A DNA stretch of 62,079 bases, the filler included, from Bipalium vagum (Eukaryota): assembly GCA_037834085.1 (NCBI GenBank). It is 3 parts of 3 records of this genome, joined end to end, with 100 filler letters (N's around TTAATTAATTAA, not from the genome) between each part and the next. Parts side by side here need not be neighbours in the genome. Positions count along the whole stretch, not along the records: positions 44,221 to 62,079 come from JBBMKC010048250.1; 2 more parts are not named here. One strand, 5' to 3'. Positions 55,801 to 62,079 of this stretch are shown piece by piece (position 1 is the first letter of the stretch; every line of letters starts with the position of its first letter). The notes beneath the pieces are model-generated. The model was not told the DNA's origin. It ran no database searches and saw nothing but the letters and a program-made list of their open reading frames with translations. Made by a program: the position numbers and the translations under genes.

Positions 55801-56042
55801 TTGCTCGAATTGGCAAAAGTGACGACAAACAATCTCTAGCAGCTTTTAGAGGACAATTAAAATCGACTGGACAGAATAAATTTGCTCTTGAAGAAAAGGA
55901 AGAAGCTCATGTAATTATATATCATTCTCATTTTAAACAATAGCATCTTTAGGGAAATAAACCTGACTGGAGAGAGCATTTAAAGGCTTCTAAGGAAGGA
56001 GGAGAAGAAGGTGATGCGCAGCCAGTTGCAGCTGAATCCTAA
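52812..56042 (+). CDS. TnI: Troponin I, lophotrochozoan type with charged N-terminal extension
   Basis: Spliced core KKKGLGGLSPEKKKLLKQLIMQKAAEEMK...ALCKKLHENISRLEGEKYDWEVKIRNQEFDINELTVKVNDIKGKFVKPVLKKVNKTESKL...KFALEEKEE...KPDWREHLK. ATG at 52812, TAA at 56040-56042. Confidence 0.93.
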
Positions 56043-56468
56043 ACCTCAACTTTCGAATGTTTATTTGTAAAAACCTGAATGAGCTACTTAATTTTACCGA
56101 TTTTCATTTATCCTTTTATGCTAATTTGTTTTAATAATTTCTGAATTGTGATTCATATAGGTTTCAAAAATACATAGTTATTTAGTGACTTTGATCATTT
56201 ATTCTTTATTAAATAAATAAATATATATATATGTGATAATAATATTCATAAATTAATAAAAATTTAAAAATATTTAGATGAAATATAAAGTTTTCAAATT
56301 TTATTTTGTTTATTCTAAATTATCTAACCATAGAATTTCTATTTTATAAGTTAAAAAAATAAATAGATAACTAAAATAAAAAACATTATATATAATATAT
56401 AATCAAAATATATTATATAATTATATATTATCATATAGTTATTATTTATATATTATATTTATATATTA

Positions 56469-57700
56469 TACCAGGCTGCCCAATATGAAATTTTAAAATG
56501 AAATACTAAGTTTCTTGATAAATCATTAATTAATTTATTCATCAAATTTATAATGTCAATAAGATAGATCTATTGACAAATCTGGTATGTTTTTCTTTAA
56601 GTTTTTGCGTCAATTTGTGCAGTTGGTCATAGTATATTTCTACTGTGATTATAAGCCTGGTTTCATGAATTCATAATGAATATAACAACTTTAGACTACA
56701 AAACACTCACCGACAGGTTTTTTGATAAATATCTTGCTTCGGGGCTCATCTTTATCTAGCCATTATGGCGATTGTTTGTAATTCATGTAGCAAACTTTAA
56801 GTTATGCGCAGATTGAGTTTCCAATTATCATTTCATTTCCTCGTTAAGAAAGTTTGACAAAGACCTGAATAAATTGAAATCTGTAGGGGTGATGTCTGGT
56901 GAAGAAGTGGAATGAGGAAAAGTTTCGTAACCGAGGACTTTCAATTTTTGTAAAGTTAATTTTTAGGTTTTACTTTTTTTGTAAAGTTAATTTTGAAGTT
57001 CTTGCATTATCTTGCAGGAGAATTGGAATTTTCTGTTTAACAATCATGGTTACTGAATTTTAAGGTTTTCAAGAACTCTATAAAGCATGTTGCAGTAGAC
57101 ATCAGATGTTATGGTTTACTCAAAGTAGATTATACCAGACATGGACCACTAGACACCATTGTCTTCTTGTAATGTCTCGTTTTGCCACTTCCTGCAGGCA
57201 CACTTGCATCAATCAATTGAGCAGAGTGACGAACATTGTCATAAGTGATCCACTTCTCATCACAGGTGATAGTTCTATTCAAAAAGGGTAGTTGTTGTTG
57301 CGTAGTACAAAATAAGTGCAGATACTCAGACGTTGAGATTTGTTCTTTTCATTCAATTTATGTTGAAACCACCGATCATTCTTCCACACTTTTCCAATAA
57401 GATGAAAATGGTTTGCAATGGTCTTAGATTGAGCATTGAAAATTTTGGCAAGTTCACGTACTGCTTGGGAGGGATCAGATTCAATATGCTCTTTCAAAAC
57501 CGATCAAGAGCTGGTAGACGTCCTTCACGAAGTTAATCTTCTAGTCCAAAATCTCCCGAAAAAAACGTACATACTTATTCTAAACAATACGTTCTGTAAC
57601 ACTGTTATCACCAAATGCTTGCATGATGTTATTGGTTGCCTGGGGTTCGAAATGGTTCAGCTTGAACTCATAAGACATACATAACCTAATTTTCTCACAA
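56469..57700 (-). mobile_element. Degenerate near-full-length mariner
   Basis: VRELAKIFNAQSKTIANHFHLIGKVWKNDRWFQHKL, ITCDEKWITY, PHSTSSPDITPTDFNLFRSL; TIR-like end at 56469. Confidence 0.85.
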
Positions 57701-58827
57701 TTCATGGTCATTTAAAATTTCTGTATAATAATCAATAACTAATTTAGAGTGTTAAAACAATACTAAGTTCCTAATAAAAAATTAAGTTAATAATTTATCT
57801 TAAACCATGTATGAATCTTCAAAGTTTTATTTTCACTAGCATTACCACGAATCACTTTAAAATAAACAAAAAAGCAAGATAAAATAATAAATGAAATAAA
57901 ATAACAAAAATCGCAAGATTAACGGATTATTATGTTTGTTGTCAAAATATGAAAATTATTTCCAGTTCATTCCTTTAATTGGAATAAGCGCTTTCAATTA
58001 CTTTTTAATGTTTTGCCCGCCATTGAAAGTACAGTTTATTTATTCAATTGACTAGTTATTTAATGTGTAGGGGTTCTGTGCTCTTCTTTGAAGAACGATT
58101 TCTTAAAAATAAAATTTATTTATTTATTTTTACTCACTATTACTTTAAATTGATCAGAGTCAATTGTTTTAATTATATCAATGGACAAAATCATCATTGT
58201 AGGAAATGTAATTAAACATTTTTAAAAGTAATATTCGTCATCATCACAAGTAATAAAAAACTGTCTTGTTATTTAATTAGAGTGATAATTATACTCATCA
58301 AATATTCATAGGGATCAGATATTAACAATCCATATATATTTTACGTCAAGTTCAACTACCACCTAATCTAAAACTTAACTGAATCAATTAGTTTTATATG
58401 ACCAACTCTATCGAAATGTCTTGATAATCCGTATCAGAATCACACTTCACTGACAAAGTGGTTACGGAAAAATATCTCCAAAAGTTTAAACTTAGGTAAG
58501 TTCATGGCAACAAGTTTTTTTGTCGAATTTCATTTCAAAAATGTGTCGGAAATACGAGAATTTCTGGATAATTTCCTTTCTTCGAAACCTATCACTTTCT
58601 ATCATTCTGGAAATTGCCAATCAATTGATGGCAGAGTGATGGTCAATAATTGGTCTTTTGTACCTTAATTGTATAAATAAATAATTATTATAAATAAACT
58701 TATAATTAAAATATAAATAATTATTATATATATTATTATATATTATTGAATTATAAATAATTATTATCACAAGATTTCATGATTCATTTTCATTTCAGAA
58801 AGTGTTTCAATTCATTAATTCAAAGAG

Positions 58828-58828
<1 letters not shown>

Positions 58829-58897
<69 letters not shown>
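58829..58897. repeat. (AAT)n microsatellite
   Basis: Direct reading. Confidence 0.95.
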
Positions 58898-58898
<1 letters not shown>

Positions 58899-59025
58899 GT
58901 AATCTTAATGGAGTTTTCAGCATTCATAATTATTTCTATTAATATTATTTAAGATATTTAAATTGAAAAATTAAAATTTTAATTTTCAAGAAGACTGAAG
59001 CAAGTCATTTTTAACAGATGTAAAA

Positions 59026-61856
59026 TTATAATTCACAGACGGTCTCAGTTTGAATAGTAATATCTGCAAACCCGAGAATATCCTTAGATGTTTCATGGGC
59101 CATTTTCAGTACGTACTGGGTGTTTTGTAATGAATCTATAAAATAAGTATTGAATCAATATTTTAAAATTTCTCTGAAAAAATTATTTTATAGAGGAATG
59201 ACAAATAACAAGAAATTAATACATAGAAAATAATATCATTATATAAATGATTCGACTTTCTCAATTTGTATTCATTTATAATTTGGACATAAAATACATA
59301 TATAAAATTAAATTTCTTGACAATATCTAATAATAATGAATTATACAAAAAAATATATGATAGACAAATACCTCTTTTCAGAATTATAATCTGAACGAGG
59401 AAACTCTTTATGCTCAAGAAAAATAGGAAAACATTTATATTCACATTTCTTTTCAAATAGAATTTGAATTCCAGAATAAAAATTTAAATAATATAAAATT
59501 TCTAAAACTTATACTAACCTTATTATATATTAAAAATAATACAGTTTTTCTTAAAGAGCTTTTCATGGAGGGGAACCTTAAAGATAATTGAAGACATTAA
59601 TGAATCATTAATGAGAAAGAAAAGCTGAGGTACGGTTTTTTTTATTTACGGTAGAGAACGCAGAAAGACAACTTAAAAGATAATTGATTATTCAGCTCAA
59701 GAGAATACGTTTAGACTGAGTTGAATAATTAAAATTTCCTAGTTTTTCCATTAACTAACAGAAAAGGGGAATAGTCATTAGGTGGTGAAGAGACTCTGAT
59801 ACATATACAATGGAGTAGCAGAGTCTCCATAGTTAAACGGGAGAGTAAGTCCAGAATCATTCGAGATTTAGATAGAAATCAGAAGTAAAATTAGTGCGAA
59901 ATAAAAAAAGATGTCAGGTTATGTCTAGACTTCAGAAAGCTGAACTAGGGGACTGAACGTCAGGCTTTTCCGATGCCAAACAGAGGATTTACTGGATAGA
60001 TTGGAAGGAACGAAATATTTTAGCACGATTTACTTGGGTAATGCATATTAACAAGTTGAATTGACGACGGATTCACAGGAAAAATCTTCTTTTTCAACAA
60101 AAGAAGGACAGTTTTGTTTCACAAGAATTCCTTTTGTAATAGCTGCTGCTCCTGGTACTTTTTAAGAGTTAATGACGGGTTTATGAACTTTGAAAAATAC
60201 AATGGTTTATTTAGATGATATCATGATTCAAACAAAGGATATAGAACATAATTATGCCGGGCGTGTTAAGTGAAGTTCTAAAGAGAATAAAAGAAGCAGG
60301 ACTTAGAGTGAATCCAGAGAAATGCTATCTACTAAGAACAGAAGTCAAATTTATAGGACATATACTTGATAAACAAGGAATCGAGCCAGACCCAGCGAAA
60401 ATTGAGGCAATCAACACCTTTGAGAAGCCAAAATGCGTAAAAAATTTAAGAAGCTTTCTGGGCATTTTTAATTATTATCGAAAATTTATTAATGGATATG
60501 CAAAAATTCAAGAATGTTAGAAAAATTGTGTGGGAAGAACAATAAGAAATTAATATGGACCGAAACCTGCAATGTAGCTTTCCAAGAATTGAAAGAGTCG
60601 CTAACAAAGACGCCAGTTTTAGCCTTTTAAAATATTTTTAATTGGCATGAATTCTGATATTTAATTGCACAATATATTAATTTATTAAGAATGGAAAATT
60701 TGTTTAAATATTATTGTTTTTAAAAGATATTGTTCAAACTATGCTGCTCTCATAGAAAACGGACCAAAAGAAAAATAATTTTAGTCAGAGAGCAATAATA
60801 AGATAATCTGAGAATCACGGATAAAAATAGTAATTGGTTATTCTTTTGAATATTAATAATATACAAAACATGGGGGAAATTTTTGAGAGTGTTGTAAAAA
60901 AAACCCAATAAGATACGCAGCAATTATTGATTTAATGGCCTAATAAAAGGATATAAGCACGTATGTAGGAATTTAAATCTTTTTCTGGACACTTTTACAA
61001 TAAAATTTTATGAAGTGTGTATTGTTTCCTTTAGATTAAATAAATTAGATCAATTATTCGCCTGATCTAATTTTATAACAAATTACGGTAAACAATAAAC
61101 TGAGATTATGTAACAATGTTTTGATGGGAAAAGAATGAATTGTTTAAAAATCATACCAACAACCAAATGACAATTGAGAGCAGTTCGGTTCAATGTGATG
61201 CTCCATATTCGCAAATTATGGACTTGAGTCACTCCAGGAATAATGGATAAGAGATTCTTAACTTTGTCGTAATCAATGCGCGATGGTTTCCGTTCGAGAA
61301 GAACACAAATTATATCACGAAATATGAAAATAGTTGTAAAAATTACAGAGATTGAAAAAATAAATGTGCAAATTGGATCTACAATTTTCCACTGTGGCTG
61401 AAAAATAAGGAAAACACGATTAAATACCGAAGTATCACATCATACCTTGAAATATATAATACTAGCAGCGGCTGCTACACCAACACTTTGTATAATATCC
61501 CCAACAACATGAATAAATGCAGCTCTAAGATTTATATTTTCAATTTTCATACAAGAACATGGCTCTCCTGAGTCCAATTCATCACGAGAGATTTCTGTTT
61601 GGATTTTTGCCTTAGTATGTTCATGAGAATGAACATGAGGATGTAATACTATTGCTAGGCTATCAAAATAGAAAATAAGTATTAAATAATTAAAATGCTT
61701 ACACAATATTCATAATTAGTGCGACAGATGCCAAAATTAGCATAAGAGAGGCATTTAAGTAGAAATCGTCATTTATGATTCGTAAAATAGCCACATAAAC
61801 CAGTACTATCGTCACTGACCAAATTAAAAGGACTGAACACAGAGCTCCAAGAACTT
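59026..61856 (-). CDS. Cation diffusion facilitator zinc transporter, ZnT2/SLC30A2-like; 5' part outside the window
   Basis: Exons read EVLGALCSVLLIW..., a His-rich loop HPHVHSHEH, NINLRAAFIHVVGDIIQSVGV, PQWKIVDPICTFIFS and VHNLRIWSIT. Last exon 59135-59026 ends ITIQTETVCEL*. Confidence 0.92.
59700..60630 (+). mobile_element. Ty3/Gypsy RT-RNase H fragment in ZnT intron
   Basis: LCLDFRKLN, AFPMPN, FSTKEGQFCFTRIPF, VYLDDIMI, LRVNPEKC, LRSFLGIFNYYRKFI, LTKTPVLAF; stops present. Confidence 0.92.
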
Positions 61857-61923
61857 CTATTATTAACAATCACAATAATAGTTAATTAATTACAATATTA
61901 ATATATTATTATTTTTTTAGATA

Positions 61924-62079
61924 TACAAGGTGTGTATAAAGTTTGTATCCGATTATTAAGTCATTAGCGTTTTTATTCAATATATTCAATTACAAGAAAA
62001 CCAAAGAAAATCACAATCATTCCTCAAAGTACAATCCATCATTTTCAGTTACTTGGAGCCACCTTTGAGTCAATTGTTC
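61924..62079. mobile_element. Probable end of a Tc1/mariner-type element
   Basis: TA-CAAGGTGTGTATAAAGTT TIR-like start; cut by the window edge. Confidence 0.4.

Overview
Very AT-rich animal genomic DNA. The troponin I is of the mollusc/flatworm type, so the source is probably a lophotrochozoan such as a flatworm (inference). Most introns are 40-55 nt, so the ORF track misses most exons. Seven host genes can be spliced by hand: an ankyrin-array gene with one repeat per 99-nt exon (+); an ankyrin + C-terminal RING gene (+); LRRCC1/VFL1 (-, 3' end possibly lost in a gap); SOCS7-like (-), head-to-head with a PTCD1-like PPR gene (+); troponin I (+); and a partial ZnT/SLC30 zinc transporter (-). 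Large introns and spacers hold decayed mobile DNA: many mariners, Tc1/IS630, ITmD37E-like and DD37D-like elements, a complete pogo/Tigger, and Gypsy and LINE RT fragments. Two 100-nt assembly gaps carry an artificial spacer. Three observations stand out. (1) Two diverged solo-LTR-like repeats share an ~80-nt core with compensatory base changes and GNRA loops, a candidate structured RNA; one possible fold has HDV-like pseudoknot topology but lacks the catalytic consensus. (2) The phase-0 ankyrin exon array varies mainly at binding-surface residues. (3) A decayed Polinton/Maverick (adintovirus-like) PLA2X-integrase gene is present. All calls were made by eye, with no database searches.
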